Of a stretch of DNA of 64,000 bases, positions 33,076 through 47,387 are shown one piece after another. This DNA comes from Geosiphon pyriformis uo1. Lineage: Eukaryota > Fungi > Glomeromycota. The notes beneath the pieces were generated by a model, which was not told where the DNA came from, searched no databases, and saw nothing but the letters and a program-made list of their open reading frames with translations. The stretch lies in contig JAAOMT010000735.1 in assembly GCA_016748015.1 (NCBI GenBank), positions 124,001-188,000 on the forward strand, given 5' to 3'. Position 1 is the stretch's first letter, and every line of letters begins with the position of its first letter. Both the position numbers and the translations under genes were made by a program.

Positions 33076-36000
33076 TTAGATTTGTTTTATTCATGACAAA
33101 CCGTCAGCATTTCTATTGTCTTTTCCCTTTTTATAATATATGATATACTTATATGATACGAGTGCCATTTTTTATCTTGACTGTCTTCCATCTTCAAATT
33201 CTTGTTTTTGAAATGATGTTAATCTTTTGTAATCTGTGTATACTTCAAACTTCTGACTCAAGTATTCTTTCCATTTCATGACTGCCCAGTATATTGCTAA
33301 GTGTTCTTGTTCTGGTGTTCCATAGTTCTTTTCAGCTGGTGTTAAACCTCTGCTGGCATATGCTACTGGATGTTCTCTGCTGTCTGGTCCTCTCTGAGAT
33401 AATACTGCTCCCAATGCTTGGCCGGATGCATCAGTGGTGATGATAAATGTTTTGCTGTGATCTGAATAAATCAGTACTGGAGCTTGAATAAGCTTTCTTT
33501 TCAAAATGTCAAAAGCTTTTTGTTGACTTTTTGCCCATTTATATTTGGTATTCTTGGTTTGCAATTGGTTGAGTGGCTGTGCTATCTTGAAAAAGTTCTT
33601 GATAAAACATTGATAGTAGTTGGCAAATCCCAAGAATGATTTCAGTTCTGTCATATTGGCCGACACTGGAAAGTTCTTTACTATCTCTATTTTTTCTGAA
33701 TCTGTTTTGATGCTGTCTTTGCTGACTATGTGTCCCAAGAATTTTAGCTCTGTCTTGCCAAAGAAGCACTTTGTTGCATTTAACTTTAGTCCTGCTCTTC
33801 TTAGTCTTTTGAACACTTGTTGAAGATGATAAAGATGATTATCAAATGTTTTTGAGAATATGCTGGTGTTGTCCAAGTATACAACTACTGATTTTCACAA
33901 TAAGCCAGTATAAACAATTTCTATTAGCCGTTGGAAAGTTGCTGGAGCATTGGTTAAGCCGAATAGCATCACTTCAAATTCGAAATTCCTTTCTCTAGTA
34001 GTGAATGCCATCTTCTCTTTGTCAGCCAGATTCATGGCTACTTGCCAGTAACCACTGTCCAAGTCTAATGTTGAGATCCATTTGTTCTCACCAAAAGCAT
34101 CAAATAATTCCTGTATTTGTGGAGTTAGATAGCTGTCTCTACAAGTTACACCATTGAGTTTCCTGTAGTCTACACAAAATTGGATTTTTCTATTCTTCTT
34201 ACAGATAAGTACCACTGATGACGACCATGGGCTCATTGATAGCTGAATTAGCCCATTGTCAAGCATTCGGTTTATCTCTTGACAGATGATCTTATGACTA
34301 GCTAGTGGTACCTTGTATGCTCTTTGTTTAATTGGCATTGCATCTTCAGTCTTGATCTGATGCTGGATGATGTTAGTTCGGCCAAACTCATTTTTACTGG
34401 CAAAGATGTCATTGAACTGGTTGAACAACATCTTGAGTTGCATACGTTAGAGTGGATCTAAGTTTTCCATGTTTATTTGTTCCAATTGTTCTGGTTGGAG
34501 CAAATAACATTCACTTCATCCGTATATTGTTTGTGATGTGATATCGACATATCTACAAAGTTGTGAAAAGTCTAGAATGGGGTTTGGTGGTTAATTCTCC
34601 ATTTCAATGTTTAAGTATCCAATAATGGTTCCAGTTAGTATTTCTATGACATTTCTTGTATTGTTGTAGATGAGAATTTTGATGTGGCTGTAATCTTTGG
34701 CTGGTATGTGGAAATTGATGAGTCCAACTTCTCCTAATTCACAAAGACTGGCTTCTGCTTCAAAAATTTGTGCTTGGTCTTTTTTCTTCTTTTCTATTGC
34801 TAGCATGTACTGGTTATATGATGAAATGGAAATAGCTTAACCAGTTGAGATAATTTCTCTTTGGCCAACAATTTCTTCCTCCACCATATTAACTGGTACA
34901 TCTATTCTACCTGTTGATTTGAATCCCTGTATTCCTCTCGCTGTTATTCCTAATTCCTCCCTTTTTCCCACTGATACTAACTGAGCTATTCTAACCAGAG
35001 GCAGGAATATTGTCTGTGCTATCTTTTCGTTGGGCTCTATTATATAAGTCTTTTTTAAGTCATTTTGTAGCATAGCAATAATATTTTCTACATATCCCAC
35101 GTCAATTATTCCTCCTCTTATATTAATCTTTCTTTTTGCTAAACTATTCCTAGATGCTAATTGAACCATTGTTGTTGCCAGAATTTCTAGTGCTACTTTT
35201 AGATCAATGCAGGTGTGTGAATGTGGTTCCAATTTGATGGCCTCTTTTTCTGGATACCTCAGATCAAACTCTGTATCAGTATCATGTACACATTTTGGCA
35301 TAATATCTTTCCCATTGTTACTATACCATTTCAACTCTTGTTTCTTGGAGAGATCTGGTAGTGCAATGTATTGTTCATAGTTTAAATCAAAGTTTGAATC
35401 TGAGTTTGAATTATCTTTGTTGTTATTGCCATTTTGAATGGAGCTGGAACTGGTGTTTTCGTCATCATCATCAGAGTTTGGATTGTAATTGATCAGCAAT
35501 TCTGATTCTGACGCACAGCTGCTGATTGGTTCTTCTTCTTCAGGGATCATGTAGATCATGCATGGTGGTAGATTGTAAATGAGATCACAATTGTCACAAT
35601 ATTCAAAGTCACTGAGAATTAAACAATGGTGACACAGTCTTGTATTTAACTGTGCTAGCCATTGTTCTTGCTTTTTTCTAGTAGGTGCCAAGTTTTGGTA
35701 GCGTTTATGGAACTCTTCTAGTTCCAGAAAATTTATAACTGGTTTTGTGTCTCAGTCAAGCTTGATGGGTTCTGGTGGGTTGTTTTTAATTGTCTTGATT
35801 TCTTCTGGCGATGTGTCTTCAATTTTGGTGATTGCCATCCGCCATAATTCATCGTCATTGTGTGGACAACTGTCCAATTGTTGTACAGCTCTTCTCCAGG
35901 CAGTTTCTATGGGTGTTTTTTTTTTGACCCAGTCACTGATGAGGATCGTGTATTGGCAAGACACGTCACATGTTCCTCTTTTCTCTGGAATGTCGTTCTA

Positions 36001-38475
36001 CATTCCTTCGTTGAGGAAAGTTTCTCCACAGGCTATACATGGTGTATTATCCCATTTTCCCACTTGTTTTGGTCTTCCAAAACATTCAACATGGCATGTG
36101 CGGCAATAAAACTTGGTTGCCATCTGATATTCTTCATTGTTACCACAGCATGCACCCATTGATGACAATTTCTTGCCACAATTAACGCATATTAGTTTGG
36201 GTCGGCAATAGGTCAATGATTGTTGTTGACTATAGATATATGGGATATAAGTGTTGTTAGCTTGAGTGTTTTCTTCCTCCCTCTTTTTCCCTTTTCCCTT
36301 TTCTTCTTTCTACTTCCAATTCGATGGTTCTTTCTGTTCATTGTCAGTCCAGGTTAAATTGTCTGTTTCTCAGATCAGTTTCTCTTTTTGCTTTCCCTTA
36401 GAGTTGTCGTTCTACAAGAGTATTGGTGGTAGTTCATTGTGGTTGGCATTGGCCCAGGAGACTTGATAAGCTTTCCAGATAGGTTTCTCTTTCTCCTCCT
36501 CCAGTTCGATCAATAGTTTCTCTCTTGGAGGAGTCTTGAAATGGCCACACGTGGCTGGTACACGTATGTGTTAGCCCTGATATGTTAGCTGGTGTTTTTG
36601 AGTGTTCCAGTCTAATGTTGTGTTGACTTTGAATAGCCAGTCATTACCAATGAGAACTTAGTATTAAGTGGCTTCCATCACTAGAACTTTAATAAGAGTC
36701 ACAATGCCATTGATTTCGAAAAGAAAGTCATTGATTTTGCCGATTGGAGTTTTGGTTGCTCCATTGGCTGTGATGATTCTGGCACTGATAGCTCGATCAA
36801 CTCGGCGACCTAATTGATCTATGAGTTGTCGTGTGATAATGCTGCATGCTGAACCACTGTCAAGAATCAATTTGATGGATTGTCTCTTGACTTTGGCATC
36901 AGTGTACATAGCAGTGATTGGTTTGGCTTTAAGAGTAGCTCCACTAAATAATGGCGTTGTAGTTGTTTCCTCGAATTCGAATGGGAATATAGCAGCCAAA
37001 GATTCATCTTCAGTAATGGTAGTAGGTGGGATATTACTGGTGAGTGGTTGTTTTTGGGCGAATGCCAGGTTATTGGTTGAGACATCTTCTGGGGTGACCA
37101 GGAGACTTAAATAGTTCTGGGAATTTGGGTTCTGGGGTTGATCGGCACCCAAATTTTACTGGCATAATCCAGATGGTTGCTGTAAAGAACTGGGGATTGG
37201 TTAATGGACTACCATTGCTGATCTCCAGCTCTGTTGAGTCATTCTCGGTCTTTGGGTTTCGTTGGGTGGTAAGCTTTGGAGTGGTATTTGGATTTGTTGG
37301 GGCTGATAGATTATTTGTGGCTGTGGTTGTTAATAAATTATTTGTGGCTGTGGTTGATAGATTGGGGCTTAATACACCAGAGATTAATAGACTTATGACT
37401 GCGTTACTAGTAGGTAAGCAGATTGGTTTTGATTTGGGTACTGATTCGGAGTTTGGAACTGGCAATCAGGGTTTCGATATTGATTTTCCGATTATTGGTT
37501 ATTTAAACACTGGCAACAGTCAATTTGAATATGTCTTTGTTTACCACAATAGTGGCAGATATGCATTTCTTATGGCCACTGTTGATTGGTCAATGAAGAT
37601 GGATGTGGTTGATTTTGGACATGATTAGAGTTTTCTTGATTATTGCATCATTGTGGAGACTGATAAATGGCATGATTGTCAGCTAAGTATCCTTCCAATC
37701 TCTTTTTAATTGATTTACTGAACTTCTTCAATTTGGAATCCAATTCAGATGATCCGTTTATTACTAGATTAATGACTTGGGCATGGTTAGCCTCTAACTC
37801 AGCGGATTCAAAATCTCTGGCACATGTAACTGCGTCTTGAAGGGTGCCTGGATGCAACAGACATACATGTTGCAAGATGCTGCTGTGCAGGCCATGGATA
37901 AACTGGTTGAGTATCTGTGGGACTGTGAAATAGTTGGTGTCAATTGCTTGAATTTGGTGCAGGTTTCGATGGAAGTGTCCCAGGTTAGTGGTGACTGTTT
38001 CAGTTTCTCTTTGTTTCATGGTGGTGAATGTATTGATTAGGCGATTGATGCTGTTATTGTTGCTGAAATATCTTAGAAATTCTGCTTTAAAGGCATTGAA
38101 ATCTTGTGGTTTATTAACAAAGCTCTAATACCATGAATCGATGATATTCTTGAGAAAGTAGGGAATGGCTTGCATTGCTCGAGCATCATTCCATCCATTG
38201 GCTGTAATGGCCTTTTCTATATTATTTAGCCATATTTGAGTGTCATTTTTTTCGCCAGTAAAGTTGTCAAGTTTTGTGATTGGTGCATAGACCATTGGAT
38301 CTAAGTTAGGTGGTTGTGGTGGCTGTTAAAGCAGTTGTTGTTGTACTGGTTGTTGGGGTGGTAATTAAAGTGGCTGTTGTATGAGTTCAGCTATGGGATT
38401 AATTGGCAGTTGATCAATAACAATTACTGGAGGTAAGTTTTGCTGATTAATTAATTTGGGGTTTGGATTGGTTTG
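33076..38475 (-). pseudogene. gag-pol: gag-pol of C, 3' part (capsid, PR, Cys-rich domain, dUTPase ~34910-35300, RT, RNase H)
   Basis: ORFs 33172-33876 (RT/RH), 33895-34443 (RT), 34837-35691 (GGIIDVGY, RGIQGFKSTG), 36664-37152 (LDSGSA), 37648-38019 (capsid). Confidence 0.92.
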
Positions 38476-39450
38476 TGTTACCAGACGAAATTAGAGATAT
38501 TATTTAGCATAAAATTATCTTATAATTCCTATCATTAATTAGCATTATTTCAAATTATCACTTATTACATTAGCAAAAATGTCCGAAATTATCATTTAAT
38601 TAATAATCCAAATTGTACACAACACAAATGTAACCTAATTGTGATGATCAATCATGCAATACCCCAAACTATGTAACATTCAAAAGTTCGCCAAAATTTA
38701 TAGAAATTTGCCGAAATAATTGATAGTTCACCGAAATATCTAATAGTTCACAGAAATAACTTGTAGTTCACTGAAATGTATCTTTAGTTCAGCAAAATTG
38801 TAGAAAATAGCAAAGTTCAAGTTTATAAAATAGTGTTATGACAAGTTGTATAAAAGAAGAGCTTCTCTCTTCGAGAAAATGTATCTTACTTTAGATTTTA
38901 ACAATTAGAATCATTCTTTACACACAAAAACAAAATAAATATCAAATAATTCAAAAAATCAAATCCTGAATTATTTCACTTTTGAAATTAACTAATTTCT
39001 ACTAAACAGTTTGAAATTGATTAGCTACCAATTTCAGTAAACTGTTAGTGACTCCAGGCCTGAATAGAAAACGTTTTCCTTAACAAAAATTCTATTTCTT
39101 TTACATTTCTTTTATTTTTCTTTTATTTTCTTATTACAATCATTAGGGTAGCCTACAGACGAGATTCCTGTAGAAGAGTTGACTTTTACAGCAAAGTAAC
39201 TACACATTTTTAGTGAGCTTCCAAACAAGCAATTCCTGGGAAAGAGTTAACGTTTATTACAATGTAACTACATAAAAGCAACTGGCAAGGAATTGGCCAT
39301 TCCATTTATAAGCCCAGCAGCTCAAATTATAGGAGATAATTTGAGGATAAATTCAGTTATTGGAGATTCAAACACTTCTCATAATCATAAATTAACAGTA
39401 TTACAACAAACATACAAGAGCTAAGAAGAGACCAAAAACCTCCGGTAACA
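38476..39450 (+). repeat. 5' LTR of F (TATAAAA 38849-38855)
   Basis: TGTTACC...GGTAACA; repeat of 47356-48329. Confidence 0.95.
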
Positions 39451-39495
39451 TTTGGTGCTCTCCCACAGAAACAACACAGCAAAAACAACTTCAAA

Positions 39496-42400
39496 GTGGC
39501 GACCACACCAGACACAACAACTCTAAAGTATTACCAATCAATTTACACCAACTGCAAGCAAAGATTCAACATTCCAGACGGAATTGAAATTGTTAAGAAA
39601 TCAGTATACCAATACATTGAAAACCACATCAACAATTATCTTTTTGGAAATTACAATATTTCAGAAGTTAGAAGCAACCTTTACAATAATTTAGCACACT
39701 ATTTACAGTTGGAAACTGAAGACCTTAACAGTGAAACACTTGCCACTTACTTTTATGAACTTAATTTTAACATTATCAAATACTGTGAAGAAACATATCC
39801 AGTGCAGTCTCAATACACTATTGATTTTGAATTGGAAACAGAAACAAGCAACAAAGGCAAAAACAAATTGAAGCAATACTCAAAAACCACCTCAAATACT
39901 CCAACACTACCAAAAACAACTGCCAACCATTTACAAACACCTAAACAAAGAACCAGTTCAAAATTTCCACTTACTATCACATCTTTTCCAGCTTCACTTG
40001 CACAAGCACAAACACCTAATTCACCCTTTAATCAATTTGCAAGACTAGAAAATTTTACATCACTTAGAAGTCCCACCAGACAACAAGAACCTCTTCAAAC
40101 TAGTTCCAATCTCCTTGATTTTCTAGCTGAAAATCAAAGTGAACACTCTGAGACAGCAGCAAATAAAGAAAACAACTCTGAAATAACTGAAGAAGAATCA
40201 ATAGACAGTAAAAACGAAGAAGACGAAATGACAACATACATCGCAAAAATCCCTGAATTCAATGGAGAAGATATTGAGACCAGTCCCCAAGAATGGCTCA
40301 ACCAAGTTACTAAAGCTAGAGATACAAATGGATGGAATGCTACCAGAATATTAAGAACAATTCTCTACTTTCTCAAAGAAACAGCAGGAGAATGGTTTAA
40401 AAACTTGGCTGCTCCATTCAATGATTGGAATGCTTTCAAAGCAGCCTTTCTTGAACAGTTCACTGACAATAATACCTCTATCACTCTTCATAATCGTTTT
40501 CGAAATATCTAACAAGAACTCTCCAAATTTGTTATGACTTATATTGGGAAATTCAACAAACTTCTCAGATGAATTTGCCAACTCAAAACAAACAATTATT
40601 ATTCCAATGCTTAAATCTTGGATCAATTTATCGCTGGTTTAAAAGATAAACTAATTAAAAAGGTTCGCCCACATGTGCCAGAAGATTTAAACTCTGCCAT
40701 ACAGCATGCGAAAAGATACGAAATGGCTAGAGAAGAGGCCAATCGCACAAAACTTGTAAATTTGGCAATTGGAGAAACCAGCTCAGCAGTTGAGAAAAAA
40801 ATTGACCAACTCACAAAAAAGGTTGAAAACTATTTTACCAATCAACAACAACAGCAACCCCAAAGATATCAATCACCCCAAAGACGAAATCAAAATAATT
40901 TTGCACCACTTTCCAATAACCAGCCTCAAAATTGCCATTACTGTGGAATCTCTGGCCACTGAAAAAGAGATTGCAGAAAGCTACAACGAGACCAACAAAA
41001 TAGGAGTAATTAACATTACTCTCTACCACAGCAATCTTATTATCAACTGCACCACCAGCTTACTATCTACCAAGACCCCAATACCAAAATAACTATTATC
41101 AGCCTGCCCCACAGCCAATCCAACAGCAATACCAACAACCGCTCACACAACATTATCAAGTACCTGCTCAAAGACTGCTTACACAGAATCAATTCACACC
41201 ACAAAACTGATACCAAGTAAACAACAATAGAATCAGTTCAAATAACCAATTGGTTTCTCGAAATTCCACTCAACCAAGACCCAACCACTATTACACTCAA
41301 CCCAGTTATTTAACAATGCCAGAAGAACAGGATTTTTATCATACTGCAGCCTCAGAAGGTAGAGCTGCAGCACAACAACAAAACTCTTCCTATACTCTTA
41401 TCACAATCCCACCAGTCAGAATTACTAAAAACACTAACCTTTCAGATATATTCCCTTTTGAGTTTGAAGCAAATGAGTCATCATCCCTGCTTAGCAATAC
41501 AGCTGCCAATGAACAAAAAGCAATTACAGCTATGTACACTGAAGCAGAAGTTGAAGGAAAGACAATTTGCTTGATCCTAGACAGTGGATCCGCCGGAAGC
41601 ATTATCACTTACCAGTTAATGTAATAGTTGAAGAAAAATGTCAACCGACCAGCTCAAACAGTAATCGTCACTGCCGATAGCATGAAAAAGACCCCAGTAG
41701 GAGAAATTGACAATTTTCCATTCACTCTTAATGGAATCACCATTCCAGTCAAAGTTTTTGTAATGGACGCACCTCAGTACCAAGCTCTCGTCGGAAATGA
41801 TTGGCTTCAAAAAGCCAATGCTAATCTGAATTGGGAAACACAAGAGTTAACAATCTCTTACCAAGAACAACACGCCCGGGTACCTGCCACTTGTGGTACA
41901 TTCAACAAATGCTCTGAAAAAGCCCCAGCTTTTGAATTTGAACCGGAAGAGAAAAAACCCTTCATTGAAACATTCATGGCTCTTGGATCAACGTCCAATT
42001 GGGCTGATGAAACAGAACAAGAACATTTTACCCCACACTCTAAACCCAAAACCTCTGGATAGAATATCCCTTACTCAAAACCTGAACCAAGAAAACAATG
42101 CCCCTATATTCCCCTTAAATGTAAAGACTGCCACAAGAAACTATCATCAATGGGAGCCTGCATTTCACCTAAAGAAGAATATAAAAATCATACTTGTTAT
42201 TACTGCAAGGCTTGCCACAGAGAATGATGGGGCCATCTAATAAAAAGGAGTGGAAAATGGGACAACATCTCTTGTTTGACTTGTGGAGATATGCTACTGG
42301 AAGAATGCAATTGGATTGATGTAGCCATGAGAGAAGGAGTTTGCGATCAGACCTGCCAATATGCTTTATCAATTTCAGAAAAAGTAAAAAGAGGAACACC

Positions 42401-45111
42401 CTTTAATGTGGCATACAACAGTGCTCTCAACAAACTTTATCACTACCCCCATAATGCTGAGATGATTTTCGACCTAGCAATGGCATTAATTAATAGAGCT
42501 ACCAAAGAAGATGTTCGCCAAATGAAGGAAGCAGAATACATTGAATACACCATGGAATTAGCTGGATTCAATTACGAAGACGAAGTAGAAATCTACCACC
42601 AAATTACAAGTCACACCTATCCAACTCAAAAAGCTCAAATTCAATGATTAGAGCAAATGAACATTAGGCTATGTGAAGAATGCATTATGCCTTGTGATGA
42701 ATAGTGGTGTCCTGAATGCTATGCTTTTAGTATCCCCTTGCCCAGCGAAAATGATGAGAACGAAATTGAATTTGGAGAACCTGAAGCAACAGAAGAAATT
42801 GAAACAACACCTATCTACTTTATTGAAAATCAGTCTGCTTTACAACTTAAATACTTCAACAACAACAGACAAGAAATAAAACCCAAAAAAGCACACGAAA
42901 TTGATGCTGGATATGACCTAAGATATCCAGGCAAGGATACTCTTGTTCTTAAACCCAAATCTCTCACAAAAATCAACCTCAAAATTGCACTCGAAATCCT
43001 GCTAGGAGCAATGGTTCAAATTACCTCCCGGTCCTCTCTGGCAAGCAAAGGAATCAATGAGAGGAGGAATAATCGATGCTGGATATACTGGAGACATTAC
43101 AGTGATGCTTCAAAATAAAACTAACAAACCATTCAAGATCGAACATGCTGAAAAAATTGCCCAAGCTATTTACCTACCCTTAATCAACATTTCAGGTTTG
43201 CAACTAGTCAATCAAAGAGAACAATTAGGAAAAAGTGATAGAGAAACCCAAGGTTTTGGTTCAACTGGATGATTCACAGTTTCAGTTAACATAGCTCTTA
43301 ACACATGGAATGAATCCCACCAAATTTTCAGACTTCCACAACCAATTACCATCTCACCCTTTGGAGAACATCCAAAAATCTACACCTGTCCAAAGCCAAC
43401 AACCACACAACAAATTTTTGAGTTCAATAAACAAGTCTGCTTGGAACATAATATTTCAATCCCAAACATTTATATTCCAGAAGGAACAAAGAAAGTCCGA
43501 GTTACTTTTTATAATCCCAATAATTACCCCATAATTTTATTAAATAATTTAGAAATTGGAGTTATTCACAGTAATATATTTCAACAAGAATTACTCCAAA
43601 CAGTCCCCAATTTCTCTGAAATTATTGGACATTCGATACCAAAAATCAACCCAAACCCCAGCTCCGAAAACTACCATGTTGTCATGAAAAAACTATCTCG
43701 AATTAACATGGGACAACTTGAACCACAACAACAGACCCAGCTCAAAGAGCTAATTGTAGAATTTGCTGATATCTTTGCTGAAAACAACAATACCTTAGGA
43801 AGAACCAATTTGGTCCAACACTAAATTTATATAGGAGATGCCAAACCAAAAAGACAACAAGCATATTGAGTTGCTCCAGAAAGCCACCAATTCATCCAAG
43901 AAGAAGTACAATGAATGCTTAACAATGGGCTCATCCAACTCTCCATGAGTCCTTGAGCTTTATCTGTAGTGCTAGTTAAAAAAAAAAATGGAAAGATCCG
44001 ATTTTGTGTTGACTATCGACAACTCAACAGTGTTATAATTAGAGACGCCTACCCCCTTCCCCAGATTGATGACATGTTAGATGCCCTTGGAAAATCCAAA
44101 TACTTTTCAACACTAGATTTAGAAAGTGGTTACTGGCAAGTTGCTATAGATCCCAAAGATCGCCCCAAAACAGCATTCACCACTCAAGGTGGAAATTACG
44201 AGTTCAATGTAATGCCTTTTGGATTATGCAATGCACCAGCAATGTTTTAAAGATTAATGGATGTTGTGTACTAAGAACTTCTTTGGAAATCAATAGTCGT
44301 TTATCTTGACAATACTGATGTTTATTCTCCATCATTCGAATTACACTTAAAACACCTGCGAGAAGTTTTTCAATGATTATGAAAAGCAGGACTAAAACTC
44401 AATATCAAAAAATGCTACTTTGAAAAAACAAGCCTGGCCTTCTTTGGTCATATCATTAGTAAAGATGGAATTAAACCAGATCCTGGAAAAATCAGCATTG
44501 TCAAAAACTTCAAAACTCCTCAAAACACTACAGAACTAAGAGGATTCATAGGATTAGCATCTTACTATCAGAAGTTTATCAAAAGATTTTCAGAAATTGC
44601 AAAATCTCTCAACCAGCTTACTACCAAAAACGTTGAATACAAATGGATTACCGAACACCAAAAAGCTTTTGAAATTCTCAAGAAAAAACTGACAACAGCT
44701 CCAATTCTTGCCTACCCAGATTTCAGCAACCAATTTCGACTAGCTACAGATGCTTTATATACTGCTTTTGGTGCTATCTTATCACAACTAGATGACAACG
44801 GAAATGAGTGAGTAATTGCTTATGCTAGCAGAACATTAAAACCAGCTGAGAAAAACTACCCTGCCACAGAACTAGAAACAGCAGCCGTAATTTGGGCCCT
44901 ACACCACTTCAACCTTTATCTCAGGCCTAAAGAATTCAATATTATCACTGATAATATTAGACTCAAATAGCTTCAGAACAAAAATACTTAGCTGAATGCA
45001 AAACAAACCCGATGGACAAGATTTTTAGCAAACTATCAATACATAGTACATTACAAACCAGGAAAACTCCACACTAATGTTGACTGTCTTTCCAGAATGA
45101 GACAAGATTAG
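39496..45111 (+). pseudogene. gag-pol: gag-pol of F
   Basis: GTG start; CHYCGISGH; LDSGSAGSII; Cys-rich domain; DAGYDL/GGIIDAGYTG/QGFGSTG; MPFGLCNAP; ends SRMRQD* (TAG 45109-45111). Confidence 0.92.
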
Positions 45112-45164
45112 AAAAACACAAAAACCAACACTCAACTTAACCAACCAAAAAGAGCCAACAAACA

Positions 45165-46546
45165 ATGAATTTGGAAAACTACAATGATTTCAAACAATAT
45201 TTGGAAACATTAACAATCCCAACAGATTGGTTTCCAGATGAAAAACATTGACTACAACAACAAGCCAAACAATATTTTCTACACAACATTATTTATTACC
45301 AAAATTTCAAAAACCCAGACAAACCACTCAGATTAATACAAGAACAGGAAAAAGAGACTATATTATACAACATGTACTCAGATCCTTCATCAGCCCACTT
45401 CAGAAAAGACAGCACCACCCAAAAAACACTAGAATACTACTTTTGGCCTCGAATGAGAAAAGACATTCACAAATATGTCAAATCTTGTAATAGTTGTCAA
45501 AAAAGAGAAGGAACTTGCTCTACAGAATCTTTAAACCCAATCAAGTTGGACAGCCTTTTGACAGAGTTGGTATTGATTTAGTCGGACCACTACCTATCAC
45601 AAACCAAGGAAACTGCTACATTGCAGTAGCCGTAAACTATCTCACCAAATGGCCTGAAGCCAGAGCCATTCAACGGACAGATGAAAAATCAGTAGCAAAC
45701 TTCATCTATGAAGACATCATTTGTAGACATGGATGCCCAATAGAACTTTTATCTAATCAAGGAACACATTTCATGAACAATTTAATCCAGGAAATTTGTG
45801 GACAATTTAATGTCAAAAGACCATTATCTTCACCCTACCATTCACAAACAAATGGATTGGTAGAATGGTTCAACAGAACATTGTGTGAATCATTAGCCAA
45901 AGTTTCAATCGATTTTGAGCAAGAATGGGATCTCTTTATTCCATCAGTGTTACTAGCATATAGGACACTAAAACAAGATACCACAAAACACATACCATTT
46001 GATTTAACTTATGGAAGGATGACAACATTACCAATTAATTTTACAGTAGAAACATACCCAGCACAACCAATTGATGAAAACAATTTTCAAGAAACACTTC
46101 AACGAAGAGCCTACACTCTGCTTAGCACATTGGAAGAAAAATGATGAATAGCAGCCACTCATATTAAACACTCCTAAGCTCAACAAAAAGAATGGCATGA
46201 TGACAAATTGTCTCCAGTCATTAATGAATTTAAAATTGGAAACAAAGTTTTCTTACATAAAACTAAAGCTGAAAAACAATGGAGTGGAAAATTTGAAAAT
46301 AAATGGGATGGACCATTCTTTATCCATGAAGTTTTAGGCAATGGATCATACAAGCTAAGACTTGATGACAAAATTCTAGCAAAAATTGCACATGGAGATT
46401 GTTTAAAACACTATAATTCCAGAAACAATCCTGAATCATTAATTCCACAAATTGGTACACATTCCTCTTTAATCAATCCCGAAGACATTTCCCGAAATTT
46501 AGAACCAATAGTTGTCATTGAACAGTCTCACAACTTGAACACTTAA
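45165..46546 (+). pseudogene. Integrase of F (separate ORF; frameshift and stops)
   Basis: ATG 45165 (MNLENY); ORFs 45372, 45494 (GIDLVGPLP, YHSQTNGLVE), 46208 (KWDGPF). Confidence 0.9.
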
Positions 46547-46667
46547 TTTAAATTTATTATTATAGTTATTTTCTTATAATTTAGAAACAATCTCACAAAA
46601 ACAAAACAAAAATAACATAAAAACCCATGCACTAAAAATAATTTTCTTTTATTTCAAATCGCTTATA

Positions 46668-47387
46668 ATGACTATTCCTCAAAACATTCAACAATTATCC
46701 CAAAAACTAATGTTAGCTTTAAAAACAATACCCGAATTATTCATTACTGTTACTGGAAACCACATTAATTATACCTAAACAGAAGTAGTTACAAATTTAG
46801 CCCCAAATTCATGAAAATATCACCCATATAAAAAGAACACAAAAAGTTATACTGGAATTCACCTGCCAGAACTTTTAAAATTTGCTTTAAGAGAAAATCT
46901 AATGCTCACTCCAATTAGTATTCCACCAAATACTACAATTCAACAAAGACTTCAACTGTGTCTCAATGAGGAAAACACTGAATATCCTCCAATCTATAGA
47001 TATTTTCACATTGAAAAAACACTTTACAAATGGAAACTGGAACTTACAACAGCAAACCTCACAAAAAAAGCTATTCAGAAACAACTCCACAACAAATTCA
47101 AGACAACAGCTGGATCAACAAACAGTCGCTACAGGCTCAGAGTTGCTCTTAGACTTTATAACCTATTCCACACCTGTGAAAACATACTACAAAACCCAAT
47201 TTTTCAACTTTTAAAGATTCAATATATTGGAAAGCTTACAGAACTGAAATTTCAACAATTTTCAGACCAAATTTCTTCAATAATTTTGGATTATTATCTG
47301 GAAATAACAAACAGTACTTGGACTTCAATGGAGCTTGGTCTTGAGGAGAAGGTTATGTTATCAGACAAAATTAGAAATATTATTTAG
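46668..47387 (+). pseudogene. ORF3 of F
   Basis: ATG 46668 (MTIPQNIQQLSQKLMLALK), two internal stops, in frame with ORF 46902-47387; homolog of D ORF3. Confidence 0.8.

Noticed and set aside
37125-37628. Antisense and alternate-frame ORFs over gag/pol and the LINEs (e.g. 9487-9777, 24908-25273, 35747-36109, 56640-57086)
   Set aside because: Shadows of strand-biased coding sequence; boundaries are not conserved between copies.
40962-41250. Programmed gag/pol frameshift
   Set aside because: D is in frame from capsid to protease; the shift in F is explained by a 1-nt deletion near 41047.
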